A stretch of 64,000 nt of DNA, taken from NCBI RefSeq assembly GCF_009914755.1, contig NC_060931.1, one strand, 5' to 3'. A model generated the notes under the pieces. The model was not told the origin of the DNA and did no database searches. It saw nothing but the letters and a program-made list of their open reading frames with translations. The translations under genes and the position numbers were made by a program. This document shows positions 51,088 to 64,000 of this stretch, piece after piece; positions within the stretch are counted from its first letter, which is position 1; every line of letters begins with the position of its first letter. This stretch comes from the human T2T-CHM13v2.0 reference genome, Homo sapiens.

Positions 51088-54000
51088 TATGTATATATCT
51101 CTGTGTCTATCTTTTAATTAAGAGAAGATGTCAGAGAAATTTGAATCCTTGAGTTGAACAAAGAAATAATACTTGTACAAACATAGACCCACATAATGTT
51201 ACAGTTAAGTCATAACTTCCTGGCAGTCAATGTAAAAGAGAAACATCAAAGGATGATCACACACATACAACCTGCTTAAACCTCTGCTTTCAATCTCCGT
51301 AATTCTCCCAGAGTTCGAGAAGCGTCACACCGAATTCCACAGCCTCGTCCAGGCTGAGGTTTGTGGAGAAGGAGAGACACCGCATGGGGTTTGGCTAGAG
51401 AGGAGCCAGCCCACCTTCCCCGAGTGCCTTTGTTTGATTGAGAAATTACTGTGGCTGTGGCAGCTGTAATAAAAGGGAACAGAGCCCCATGGGCGACAGC
51501 TTTATCGCCATCTACAACCCAGGATGGATTCGGTGGCAGCACTGTGCCCAAGGCCAGAGATTTCTTTCATCTGCGGCTGGCTGGGCCCAGGGACTTGTCA
51601 AGCCCAAGTTAGCATATCGATTGCAGGCGACAGGCTGGTTAAGTGTGAAGCTGGTGCTCACCTGCGCAGGAGAGCCCGGCTGCACCCTGCAGTGTTGGCC
51701 CCAGGTGTGGCTGCTCATTGCTGGGTTCCTTCTCATGTAAGCCCTGGAGAAAGGCGAGCATGTGGATTGCAGCCTCAGAGAGCGAGGTGTGAATGTGGGG
51801 TTTGCCATGTGGGTTGGGGTCTGAGCATTGGCACCTCACAGGATAGACAGCAACTGTGCGTGCCTGGTTGGTTGCCTCTGCAGCGTATCTCTGACATTCT
51901 TGCACCAACCCCAGCAACCCAGTGCTAAGAGCCACACTGGCCCACCACAAGCTGTCTAGTGGCCTGCCAGGCCTGGAGAGAGGCCTTGTGTCCAAGCAGG
52001 GCAGACATCCTTGGTTTTAGGGAAAGGACACTTGGCTACTAAAATTGTGGAAGACGAGAGGTCAGGGAATGCGGAAACTGATGTGGGCCTGGGCTCAGTG
52101 TTGGCTGGGAACTGTACCAGCCTCATTTGCTTTTGCCCAGACATGTGTCCAGGAACCCCTAAACACAAGGCAAGCAACCTCTCTGTTCTTCCTTCAGCTT
52201 CCCCAGAATTCCTCTAGGACCTGCTGCTTCTTGAGCTTAGCATGTTTGATAAAGCTTGGCAAGTTAAGATGAGCAAGAGACAGTCTTCTCATGTATCATT
52301 TTGCCCCTCACAGGTCTTGTCCACCCCTACCACACTACCCCCGCCACCTCCCCCAGCCCCTGCAGGCATGACAGTCTGTTCCCCATTCCTGGCCTCCCAC
52401 TGGAGGAGGCGCTCAGTCTTCCAGTGGCCAAGCTTCTCCTTTGTTCCAGCGCCCTGGGCATTTGCAAGGTGGATCCAAGGTGTTGAAACCTGAGCAACCT
52501 CAGATTTTGCCCACCTGCCCTTCTCTCCTACAAGAGTAGGTCCTTCAGCAGGTTAGTTGCCAAAATTAGAGATAGGAGAAACTGGTTTTAACACCCACAG
52601 ACACTGGACTCTGTCGTGAATTCAGGCACTGGGTCAGCCCAGCCCAGAATTGGGGCCAGCACTTACGCCCAGACTCTACTAGTGAGCTGCAGGGTCCCAC
52701 GGTCCTGGATGGTGGAGGGGGCAGAGGTATGGCAGTGGAAGGAAGGGCTGCTCCTGAAACAGAAGGCTGTGGAAAGGGGGTATTAGGGAGGGGCAGGGTC
52801 TTTTCTGCCAGGAGGCAGTGTAGAGAAGGCATTGGGGAAACCTGGATTCTGCTCTCAGCTCTGTCCCTTAATAGCTACACTTCTCCAGTGCCACCTACAG
52901 AATCAACATGGACTGGACCTATATGTTCTCCATTATCTCTTTTTCGTTAATAACTCTAATAGACTCCACATATCCCCTTCTATACCACACTCCAACTTCA
53001 GTTGTCATTGAACCTGCATTTCCTCTTGAAGGATCAAATGTGGGCCTCAAGGACGCAGAGGGTATTCAAGGATGGGAGGAAGCGAGGGTCCTGCCTCTCG
53101 GGCCCTGCCTGTTTTCCTCCCCGCTACCTTCTCTCTGCACACCCAGACCACCTCCTTGTCCTTCTGGGGAGGCATGTCACCCAGTATCCCTCATCCCTTC
53201 TAACCTTCTGTCACTAGCTCCAGCTCCGACCTCGAGAATTCCCAGGTATTTAGACATTCATTTTATTGCTTAATCGAGCTTGAAGGCATTTAAATTAATA
53301 CAAGTTTTTACATTTGGCAGCAAAGACATTTATAGGCCCCTTTAGCAGGGAAAGAAAGAGGTCAGGAGAAAATCAAAGAAGGAATTTATCCTGGGCAGTG
53401 GCCTTCACGATGTGGGAGCAGATCAGCTACCACGAGGGCCACGATCCTGAGGCTGCCCTTTTAGAAAAGCAGTCAGTGCTAGGTCTGTTATCCTGGGTCC
53501 TCGGGATGAGACAGTCAGTGGAGGAGGCCTTGAGGCCCGTGGAGATTCCTTGAGGGCTCTGGGGTTCAGCCACAGCCCACACCCTTCTGGCCACTCCTTC
53601 TGCGGGATTGTCACTCACTGCCCTTGCGCTGATGCATTTCCTGCCCGCGTCTTTCTGCCTCTCCTGTCCTCTCCCCCTCTCCTCTCCTGCTTTTCATGCA
53701 ACCACTTTAATTACCTTCATTAGACACGAATTCATTCAGCTCTACCAGGAAAAGCAGCCTCCCTCTCCCCAGGGGTTGCCTCGCTCCCTAAGGACCTGCC
53801 TGTCTTCTAGCACAGAGCTGGGGAGGGTGCTGAAGAGTGGGAGGCACCAAGACCTCTGCCTGCTTCTTCACTTGCTCCTGACCTTCAGCTGCGCTCTCTC
53901 TCTCTCTCTCAGGTTAAGGAGAATCCCGTTTGCCCCGGTAGCTTTCTGCCGCAAGGAGGGGAAGGGGCTCTGAGAAGAGAGTCGAGTTTTGGGGTGTGTC

Positions 54001-54169
54001 TGTTCCCGTGAGAGGCTGAAATTGAAGGGTTCTGGGGGTTCCCAGAGGTTGGCAGCGGCTGCCAAGGCCTGTGAGCCCAAGGCTTCGGCGCTGCTGTCCT
54101 CCCCACGGGCACAGCCCCTGCACACTCAGGCCTGGCCCGCACAGGCTTACGCCTGTCTCTCTGTCCCAG

Positions 54170-54358
54170 GTGGAGGTGGAGGTGGAGAGCATGGACAAGG
54201 CCGGCAACTTTATCGGCTGGCTGCACATCGACGGTGCCAACCTGTCCGTCCTGCTGGTGGAGCACGCGCTCTCCAAGGTCCACTTCACCGCCGAACGCAG
54301 CTCCTACTACAAGTCCCTGCTGTCTGCCGAGGAGGCCGCAAAGCAGAAGAAAGAGAAG
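54170..54358 (+). CDS. SND1: SND1 (staphylococcal nuclease and Tudor domain-containing 1) internal coding exon, 189 nt, phase 0/0, SN4 region (exon 17 by recalled numbering)
   Basis: Acceptor ctgtctctctgtcccag|GTG, donor AAG|gtacat. Encodes [63 protein letters not shown], recognised as SND1. Confidence 0.97.
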
Positions 54359-57300
54359 GTACATGTGGCAGCCCAGCTGTGCTCTCCCTGCCCTCCCGTC
54401 CTCCTCACACACTAATGCTGCTGCCTCCAGAGAACAGGAGGAAGTTCTCTCATCCCCACAGAGTAGCCCAGGAAGGTGTTGGTCTCAGACCCCACACCAA
54501 GGCCACACACAGGCGAGGAGAGGCTGCCAGCTGAGGTGTCCTCGGCCACAGCCTGTTGCAGACCTGAGGTGGGCCTGGGCTGCCAGCCCAGAATGTCATC
54601 AGTGATCCCAGGCCTGCTCAGGTGGTCCTGAAGCAGAAATCTGTCTAGGTGACTGTGGAGCCATGGGACAAAATGCCCGGGGCGCCCCTCCCTCCCCAGC
54701 CCTGACCCTTCTCTGTCAGTGCCCTCAGGACTGGGCGGCCCAAGCCCACATCTGAATTTCCTTCACATTGCCCCGTGGGGAAACAACCCTAGGAGAGGCC
54801 TCTAGCTGTTAGGACAAGAGATTTATAGCCCATCAGTCTCTGTGGGCACCGCATTGAAGAGACAAGGGGGATGGGGTGGAAAGTGGCTTTTGGAAACCAA
54901 TTGACAATTGAGGAATGCAGTGATTTGGAGGTGGGAGCCGGGCTCACCCAGCCTGTTGCTTTTGACTTATAGCCCGGCCCTGATAATGGGGATAAATCAG
55001 CTGGCCACCAATTTGTCAGGGCTTCTCTGAGCTTGAGGAGGATTCGTGGGACAGCCGTGCTGAGCTATAAATTTGTTCCAGGAATAAATGCTTCCTTCCC
55101 CATGGGGCAGCCATCTGGCTCAAAACTCACTTCCCAGAGCTAAGGCCCGGACACCTGCCAAAAAGAGTCGGGGGCTTTGAGGCCCCAGAAGCACCAGATT
55201 CTTCACCAGCCCCAAGCAGCTGCCTCCTCATTCAGGGCATCTCTTGTCCCCTTGGGACTGTCCTCCTGGGTCTCTCTCTATCTATTCTTCCCTTCCCCTG
55301 GGGATTGGGGCAGGCAACCAGCCCCTTGGTGGTAGAGGAGAGTGGAGGTGGAAAGACTCCAGGGAAAGGTGGACCACAAAGCTAGCACAGATGAAAGGGA
55401 CGGTCAGTGCCCTGCAGGAGGCAGCCACCATCAGACCTCAGAGGAGATTCCCACCTCCTGCTCACATCAAGCCTCCTCCTCCCAGAATGAGGGGGAAGCA
55501 GGCAGCCTCAGCTCCTATAGGAAAGGAGTCACACGGCTTCTTCCTGGATTTCCTGCTTGTGACAGCTGAACTTAAGACTGCCACCCCCATGTCCTCTGCC
55601 TGCTGCAGGGAGAGGGGGGGAGGGGCAGCGCTGGGGCCTCCTGTTTAAAGGTTGGCACTTTCACAGAAGAGTTAGCAGCTGGGGGTAGAGCGGCAAGCCC
55701 CAGAGTCTAACGCCCAGAGGCCAAAAGCATCTTCGTCCTTGCCCTGCTTCCTGGCTTTTCAGCAGTGAACCTGGAAGCCACCTTTTCAGAGCTGGGCGAT
55801 CCTCTACCCTCTAAGAGTAGAGACTCTAGAGGAACCCAGGGGAGCACAGGGAGGGGACTCTGGCCTGAGATGGAAGGGTGGGTTCCCTGCCAGGGGCTGT
55901 GCTGAACTCAGCATCGTTATTTACTGCACAGTGGGTTTGTCTGAAAGAGCCCAAGTCACCATTTTGCTGGTGCCACTTGATGACGCTGAGGAGTAATTAC
56001 CAGTGATTAATTACTTACACGGCCTGCGTGTTTTTATTCCAGTCCAATTAAAATGCAGTGCACAACTCTCAGTGCTAGGGCCTGCCGCCTCCTGGGTCCC
56101 TCTCCTGCAAATCCCAGTCTGCTCGTCAAGGATCCTGAGGAACCGAGGCTGGCTTTCTTCCTCCTGGAGGGGCTGTTTCCCAGGAGCAGCACTAGCAGAG
56201 CTTTGTAGCAGCTCTAAGAGTTGGCTGAACCCTGATAAGAGCATCTGGTGGCCGGCTGGGGGACAGTAACCTGAGTATCTGGGGTGTACCCAGCCTTGTC
56301 CCACTTGATCCCACAAGGGCTGCCTTACCTGTCAAGAGACAGTGGTTACAAGATCCTGTTAGCATCAGGATGCAGGAATGTTTGTGCCTGTAGCTAACCA
56401 AGGAAAGGTAATGCTGAGGGATTCTGTGAGACCAGGAAGTGCAGAAGGCTTTAGGGAGTGTGATTGTGTGTGCATGCATTCGTGAGTGTGTCTGTCTGGG
56501 GGAATCTAAGAATGCTGGTTTCCCAGCTACGAAGGCTTAACTACCTCCCTGCTGAGTGTAATTCCTCCCTGTGCCCTGTGGATGCCTCCTCAGTGAAGAG
56601 GCCGATAGGGCTCTCCACTTCCTTGGCAGGAGGTAACCCCCACTTCCTCCTCAGCAGCCCTGGGCAGACCTGAGGACCAAGGAGGGAACCACAGATGGCA
56701 GATGCCTGTCCCCCCTCCTTAACCCCATCTCACACACGTGCTCAGCAGGGCCCTGCACAGGGCTGGATTGGCCATCGATTGGCTTTTATTGAGCTTGGCT
56801 TCCCTGCTGCAGGCCTAAAGGCCTCCGCCACCTTGGCCCCTCGCCAGCCCCACCCCTGGAGCCTTGCAAGCAGCAATGTTAAACAGGATTTAGAAAGGAA
56901 AGACTCCAGCCAGTGGATTCTCTGTCCACAGTCCTCATCACCTGCCAAGAGAAGGACCTGGGACTCCCTGAGGAGGAAATGCAGGGAAGAGAGAGAGCCA
57001 GGGCAGGGAGAGGAGAGGAGAGACAGCCTCCATTCCTGACCTGCCTGGTCTGTGCCTGGCTTGATGGGCTCTTTCCCTCAGGGTGGCCGCAGCAACAGAA
57101 CACAAGGAGCCCCAAAGTGTAGAGGGGACCCGAGCAAGACAGGAACTTGCATGGCAGAGCAGCCTGGAGCAGATGAACAGGCAGGAGGGGCCTCCATCCA
57201 CCCTTCCCAGTCTTGCTCTGTAGCTGGGGCCACCGGGGGTACCAGCAGTGCCCCACCAGGGGCAGAGCTCCACCCTGGCCTTGGCCTGGAGAGACACTTC

Positions 57301-59609
57301 CCCCACCTGACCGCAAACCCTGGCATCAGTCAGCTGGGACAGCCTCTCCACAATAGCAGGCTTAGTAACAGCCTCTCCACATGCTTAGAGGTGGTCCATG
57401 AGAAGGGCAGACTGTCCTGTGGTTGGCTCTCCCAGCATTCCTGGGCCCTGCTGCTTAGGTCAAGCTCAGGACCCCTGTTCTCTGCCCAGCTCTTTGGCCA
57501 TAGAGGCTCTTCCCCAGCTCCTCCATCTTTCAAGAGGCTGGGGTAGAGCCATACAGCAATAATTTTCTGTGTCTGGGTGTACAACTACTGTTCCTTCTGG
57601 AGTTTTCCTTGTCATCTCCCCAGAGGTCCAGGAAGAGGAGCATCTACAATGGGGATTCCCAGAAACCAGCTTCTTATGGGAAATCTGAGCTGTGAGGGGC
57701 TGAGGATGGCTGTGGAAAGTGGCTGGGTCTGGCAGGTGTCTTGCCAGTGAGTGTGTCTCCTCCATGCACCCCAGCTCTGCAGAAGGGCAGCCTGAGCCAA
57801 ATGCACCCTTGTTCTAAGGATGGGGACAAGGGCAACCACGCCTGTCCCAGCTGACTGACTCCTTCCCACCAAGGTGCCACCTGGCCAGCCTGCATGGACC
57901 AGCTTGCCCATGTGGCTGCAAGTCCCAAGGAACAGCTGGTCACCTCCATCCCCACAGGGAAAGAGGGAACCGTCATGGCTGCACTGCCTGAAGGGCCAAA
58001 GGTCAGCCTCTCCTAGAAACACAGTTCCTTTATCTGAGGAGACAGCTGTCTCTCTCCTACCCTCTGTATGCTTCTTGGCAACCTCAAGTGCCAGCCACTT
58101 TGTGTATGGAGACACCTTGCTTCTGCTGTCTTCTCAATTCAGGTGGCAGTGTGCACCACCCCACCCACCACGAAGTGAGCTGTGGCACCTTGTTACAGGA
58201 CTGGCCCTAGTGCTGGGGGCTGAGGGCCATCCCCAAGGCTTTGGTTTGCATCTTCCGTGACCTCACGCCTGCTGCCCACCTGAGCCTGCTGGGAAAGAAG
58301 CTCCACCCCACTCTCCCCAAGGAGGACACCTGATGCTGTCACCCAAGGCACTTTTACTTGAGGAGTCTTTAGCAGTTTCTGCTTTCATCCTGTGTGTTCC
58401 GAATTCATCAACACTGCTGAGGGGCCGCCTTCCCCCAAGCCAAAGGAGCAGGGTGGGGCTAGGATGGGAGCCCTCAACAGCTTGCAGGCTCAGGGGCCAT
58501 GGCCCACTCAGGAACCAGCACAGAATGCCGGTCTCTGTTAACAAGCTCAGTGCCGGGAAAGGAGGGAGCTGGCAGGAAGAGGGAAGAGCACCTGCATGGG
58601 ATGCAGAGCAGAGGACGTGCTGAGGGATTCAGGACTGCAGGGGTGCCTGCTGGTAGGAATGAGGGAGCAGACTCCTGGGTCAGGAGGGCTCCATCCCAGT
58701 TCACTTAAGGTAGTGCTGACAGTCTCGTCTCTGAGGCCGAGTGAGTCCCACTGATCCTCAGAGCTGCAAGCGTCCCAGAAGGGCTGGGAGCCCAGGTGTC
58801 AATAGGAGTGACTGGCTAAGTAGATACCAGGGAACTTCCAGCTCTGGAGGCCCAGGGCGAAAGCCTCAGGCCCATCAGGACATAGGCTTGGCATCAGAAG
58901 CATTTATGGCTCTCTCCTGGCCCTTTCACAGGGAAGCCCACAAGCTAGAGACCCACTTCCCCACATGGGCAGGAAGGCCCTTGAGGGATTAGGGCCTCTG
59001 TCCTGACTAGAGGCAAAGCTGTGGGTTAAAGTCCTGCTGCCTGCCTCCTCCCCTCTGGCCAGCCAGGGCTTAGGGGACTAGAAGCAGCAGTGTGTACAGA
59101 GGTCTCTGGTGATGGGGACAGGTGTTAGGGTATCAGGAGCCTGGAAGGTGAGAAGGGGTCAGGAACTATTTGGGTAGGAGGCCAGACCCCATACCAGGGG
59201 CCCACAAGCCCAGCCATAGAAGGCACTGCTTGATGTAGGATGGTGGAAAGCTTGGGCCTGGGAGATGTCTCAGTCATTCCCCCATAGCCGCTCCTTCTAG
59301 TGGAAGAACACACGCTCAGGCCGCGTTAAAGGCAGAAGTGTGGGGTCTGGGTTGACCCAAGGTGGTTCCAGAATTCCAGCATTCCTGCCTTTCTGCTGTG
59401 TCCTGAAGCTCCTGAGGAATCTGCATTTCAGCTGAGAGAGAAGAAAGGGGACCCAGAAAAGTTTGACCAATGTCAAATGGCAAGTTCAAAAACAACAGGG
59501 ACATAAGTCCTCATCTCCCTCCCCACCCCCCACCAACAAACAGCTTTTTCCTCCTGGTTGGTGGTGTTTTCTCAGGGATACCTAGTCAATGCCAAAGTGC
59601 CCCTGGAAG

Positions 59610-59800
59610 AGCTGTAGTGCCAGGCTGCCTATGTTTGAATTCTGATTTCACTACTTCTAGCTGCAAGCCTGTGTACCTCAGTTTTCCCATTTGTAAAACA
59701 GGGATAATACCAAGACCTACTCAAAGGGTTGTTGTAAGGACTAAATGAATTAATATTTGGAGAATGTTTAGAATGGTACCTGGCACCTAATAAGCACAGA
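59610..59800 (+). mobile_element. MIR
   Basis: cctcagttttcccatttgtaaaacagggataata...agggttgttgtaaggactaaatga...cctggcac. Confidence 0.8.
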
Positions 59801-60349
59801 AGTTTTGGGCAAATACTTTTAATCATCCTTATTCCTGTGTGCGTCTGTGGGACCCCACGCGTGATCCATTCTCTGCACTCTCCCACCCACCCTTCCTGCT
59901 GCTCAGCTGGAAAGCCACCTCCCTCCCCTGCTCTGACAGACCTCACCATTTGGATAATCTCCTGGCTGCAGGATTGGACTTGACACGCTGTCGCGTCAAA
60001 TCAGCTTCTGAGCCACTGCAGCCCTGACAGCACAGGGCTTTGGGGAAGGAAGGGAGAGAGGGAAGGGTGGAGAGCGCATGGCCCAGCTTCTGGGCTGAGG
60101 TCAGAGCAACCTGCTGGAGGTGAGGAGGATGGAGAAAGGGAAAGTTGCTGAGCAGAAGCATTCTTGGTGAGCTCTTCCCCAGCCTAGGGCTGTGGCTTGG
60201 ACTGCTTCAGGAGCACCAGGAGCCCTGTGACAGCAGGAGGTCCTGCAGAATTCAGAGTGCCCTGCAGAGTGCCACGGGGAAGGGAGATGGGGAGCTGGAG
60301 CAAGAGAGGTGCGGGTGTGAGGAGCCCAGAGCCAAAGAGTTCATGAAAG

Positions 60350-60526
60350 CAGGGCTCTCACACTCGGACGTGCATGAGATAGCCTGGGATCTGGTTTTGC
60401 TCTTTTTTACTCTCTGGGATGCTCAGAACAGATTGTAATTTGGTAGGCCTGGGGTAGGATCTGGGGCCTGCATTTTTAATAAATTCCCTTGTTGGTTCTG
60501 ATGCCTGCCAGAATTTGAGAACTGCT
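60350..60526. mobile_element. MER5A-like hAT MITE
   Basis: gtaggcctgggg...ctgcatttttaa...ttctgatg...tttgagaactgct. Confidence 0.6.
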
Positions 60527-60568
60527 AGATCAGGACTTTAGAGAACTCACCTTTCCCCTCCGAGATAG

Positions 60569-60963
<395 letters not shown>

Positions 60964-61027
60964 TCCCAGTGTCTTTTATGACTTCACTTCCTCGCCCTCT
61001 TCTCACCTCTGCCGACTGAACATGCAG

Positions 61028-61169
61028 GTCTGGGCCCACTATGAGGAGCAGCCCGTGGAGGAGGTGATGCCAGTGCTGGAGGAGAAGGAGCGATCTGCTA
61101 GCTACAAGCCCGTGTTTGTGACCGAGATCACTGATGACCTGCACTTCTACGTGCAGGATGTGGAGACCG
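61028..61169 (+). CDS. SND1: SND1 internal coding exon, 142 nt, phase 0/1 (exon 18 by recalled numbering)
   Basis: Acceptor catgcag|GTC, donor CCG|gtgagt. Encodes [47 protein letters not shown], in frame with the preceding exon. Confidence 0.97.
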
Positions 61170-61528
61170 GTGAGTGCTCAGGCCGCTGGCTCGTGGTTCC
61201 TGGCTTGGTCCAGCTGGCGCTGCCTGGGGGTAGGGGGCCTCTGCCCAGTGGGTGGGAGGAACAATGCCTAGGCAGTCCAGGAGCCTCCCCTGAAGAGCTC
61301 ACGTTGCCGCCCCTGTCTCCCTGCCTTGTCCCACTGCTCCTCTGGGCTTGGAGTTACTTCAGGAGCCTTCACATGAGCCCTGGCTTGGGCTCAGGCATGG
61401 AGGTGCTGCCGGACAGGTCCTCTGGACGCAGGTGAGATAACCAGGTTTATCTGGGTGGAGCTCTGAGTCTCTTAGGTGATTGTTTGTTCCTACATACCCC
61501 TGGCTATGCTGGGCAGGATGATTTGTAG

Positions 61529-61628
61529 CCCCCAGAATCTGTCAGGCACCAGCCAGGCATTGCTCAGCCCGTTTCCCTCTGGGGGAGCAAGGAGTGGTGC
61601 TGGGTTTGTCTCTGCTGGGGTTTCTCCT
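61529..61628 (+). ncRNA. MIR593: mir-593 precursor hairpin (5p ~61544-61568, 3p ~61607-61625)
   Basis: CCCCCAGAATCTGTCAGGCACCAGCCAGGCATTGCTCAGC...TGTCTCTGCTGGGGTTTCTCCT matches my recollection of hsa-mir-593, which is intronic to SND1. Stems GCACCA/TGGTGC, TTGCTC/GAGCAA and CCCCAG/CTGGGG are visible. Confidence 0.9.
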
Positions 61629-64000
61629 TCTCTAGAGGTTAACATAGCCCTGAGTGATAGCCAGTTTCCATGGAAACAGGCAGCGCTCTAGGGGAAGACA
61701 TCCCCGGGCAGTCTCTGAAGGACCTTCTCCTCCTTCCGTCCTGAGTGGTGTGCACTGTGGCCAGGGTCCCCTGGGCAGAGACCTGGGGTTTCTGGAGGCC
61801 AAAGGGCAGGAGAGAGCTCTGGCAGCCGCTAGCCCGACTACACCTCCAACCGCTTACGCTTTCCACCCTGACCTCCCTTTTCTCATGGCCACCCTGTGCA
61901 GGGAAACAGTTGAGTTTGGAGCGGAAGGAAAAGCTCTTAGAGCTGCTTCTGGATCCCAGGAAACAAATCATGGTAGGCACAGGTGGACAGAGGGGGCTAG
62001 AAGTGTCAGCAGCACTTGGGCAGTCCCCCAGATGGCAGGACACAGCTCTGCCCAGCCTCCTCAGCCCACCCCAGGTCCGCTCCAGCCCCGTCTCAGCCAC
62101 TTCCCTCTAATGCTGTTTCCCAGGCAGCTGCCTTTGTGGCAGTGTCATTTCACCAGGAAAAACTTGACCATTCCTGGCCCTGGGCTGGCTGTGCTTGAAA
62201 AAGGAAAAACGCAAGGGGGAGGGGTAGAGATGGAGCCCACGAGCCTGCGGGATTAGGTTCTCTTGAGGTCAGCCACAGTCCTGCTGAAAGCTGCTCCAGC
62301 AGTTGCCTGAATGAACCGGGGCGGTGGCCAGCCTCTAGGGCTGGGTCATGTGACAGGGAAGGAGTCTTGTAGTGGTGGTCTCAGTGGGAACAAGAGCCGT
62401 TCCTGGGCAGAGGAACCAGCTGGAATCCACCACCCCAAAATCCCCGCCAGCCCACCAGAGAACTTGAGCAAAAGGATGCGATCACTCCCAGGCAGGCTCT
62501 ACTCAGCCTCTGGGTCCTGCTGGGGAGGACCCGCCTTGACTCAGAACAAGCCCCTGAAGTCTTAGAGAGCAGAAATCTGAGGCAGAAAACAAGAGAAAAG
62601 AGAAAACCATGTGTCCTTAGAATGCTGGAAGAGAAGGGAGTGAGGCCCTTCCTGGCAGGCCACCTGGGGATTTGTGGTGGGCTCCAGAGAGGAAGGCCCC
62701 TGCCCTCTGGTGGCTCCATGGTATCCATGGAGATGAACCTCAGGATCCACAGCCCCCTCTCTGCTGAAACCTTTCATCCCCTCTTGGGTGGCATCCTCTC
62801 ACCCTGTCTCCCTTCTTTCAATTAGAGTCTGTCTTCAAGAGGGATCTGACGAAAACATTGCCATTAGCTGCAAATGACCAGTGAGGCTCTGTAAGGACCT
62901 CCCAGAGGGCTTTGCCTGTTGGCAGGAGGCAAAGTCCTGCTTCTGTTGCCTTGGAGCAAAAAAAATGAAAGTAGACCAAGTTAGGGAGGAAGCTGTCTGT
63001 CAAGGCTTCTTAATCCCTGGAATTTCACTGTCTATGGCAAGGAGCACTGTCTAAAGAGAATTATAGAGGGCTGACCACTGGGTAGGGAGAGGGGCGGCTG
63101 CTACCTTCAGGCCTCTGTCGTGTGGATGCAGGACCAGTGGCCTCTGCAGCAGCTTAAGAGTGGACATACATCCCTGCATGCTTATGCAGTTTATTTTCAA
63201 TGCAGCTGAATTATTAAGCACCCTGCATGCATTGGGGATTCTACCAGGCTTTGTGCAAGTAAACAGAAAGAAGTGAGCTATGCTCTATGCCCTGAAGGAG
63301 CTCACAGTATAGTAGCAGGGAACTTATAAGGCTGACTGTGGCAAGTGTAACAACAGACATATGTTGCGCCCTCCTTACAGCACTGCCTTGGGCCTGAAGA
63401 TAAAGAGAGGAGCCCCACACTTAGACCACAGATCCACAGTCACCCTCCTTGCTTCTGAGACGCAAGGGGCAAAAAAGGTCTGAGACTGAGCTAGAATCAG
63501 GGCCAGAAGGGACTGATGCCTCCCAGAGTCAGGGTGGGAGAATTCTACAAGGAGCCAGGGAGAGAAACTGAGTAGGCCCTGGGTGTTGCTAAAACAGGCA
63601 AAAGCAGCAAATAAGCAGCAGGACCACTGACCCAAGGTCAGAGTGCTTAGGGAAAGACAAGGCAGGGAATCCCTCCTCCTGTGGCGCAGGGGCCCTGAGT
63701 AGCAGGGTGGGACAGTACAGCCCCAGCCCAGCAGCACTGGAAGTCCTGTTCAGCATGTATCTTGCAGGGTGACAAGGGTCAGAGGGGCCAAGTTTGAATA
63801 ATACTGAGGCTCTAGGCCCTGATCCAAGAATTCCTCCCCCACCTTCCATGGCTTCAATTCTGGGGCCTTTTCCACGGTGGTGTGGGGCCCATCCTTCATC
63901 CCTACTTTTGCCCCCTGAAAGACAGTAGACAGTGGCTTCTGTCAGTTACCACCTCTGTGGCCCAGGCCAGGAGCTGGCCTTGCAGGAATGGGGTACGGGC

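Noticed and set aside
53868-54605. ORFs overlapping the first SND1 exon on both strands (up to 181 aa)
   Set aside because: Only the 189-nt segment bounded by splice sites is SND1-like; the rest is read-through or antisense shadow.
61654-62256. 200-aa ORF; also the 193-aa ORF at 49999-50580
   Set aside because: Non-ATG starts, no recognisable domain or exon structure; the second runs into the MER82-like element.

Overview
Human (or closely related primate) genomic DNA, recognised as the SND1/LRRC4 locus (7q32.1 in human). On the + strand, most of the window is one very long SND1 (Tudor-SN) intron. Two SND1 coding exons follow (54170-54358 and 61028-61169; exons 17 and 18 by recalled numbering), then the intronic MIR593 hairpin (61529-61628). 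The complete LRRC4 (NGL-2) gene is nested antisense in the long intron: CpG-island promoter (~10770-12480), a non-coding first exon, a 172-nt intron, and one exon carrying the 653-aa CDS (8359-10320) plus a ~1.6-kb 3'UTR. The rest is intronic DNA with Alu, MIR, L2, L1, CR1, MaLR and Tigger/Charlie relics. I see no convincing novel protein-coding system. The most unusual signal is a 132-bp, 97%-identical inverted duplication of apparently non-repetitive sequence (22356-22487 vs 23303-23434). Its second copy sits in the TA-rich tail of a truncated Alu, next to snap-back hairpins, and it predicts a long dsRNA in the pre-mRNA of a nuclease known to bind edited dsRNA. Other observations: three uATGs in the last 100 nt of the LRRC4 leader (one a stop/start overlap), bidirectional poly(A) signals at the LRRC4 3' end, an inverted CTCF-like motif pair, and several homeodomain-dense islands. 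Repeat subfamily calls and boundaries are by eye and approximate.
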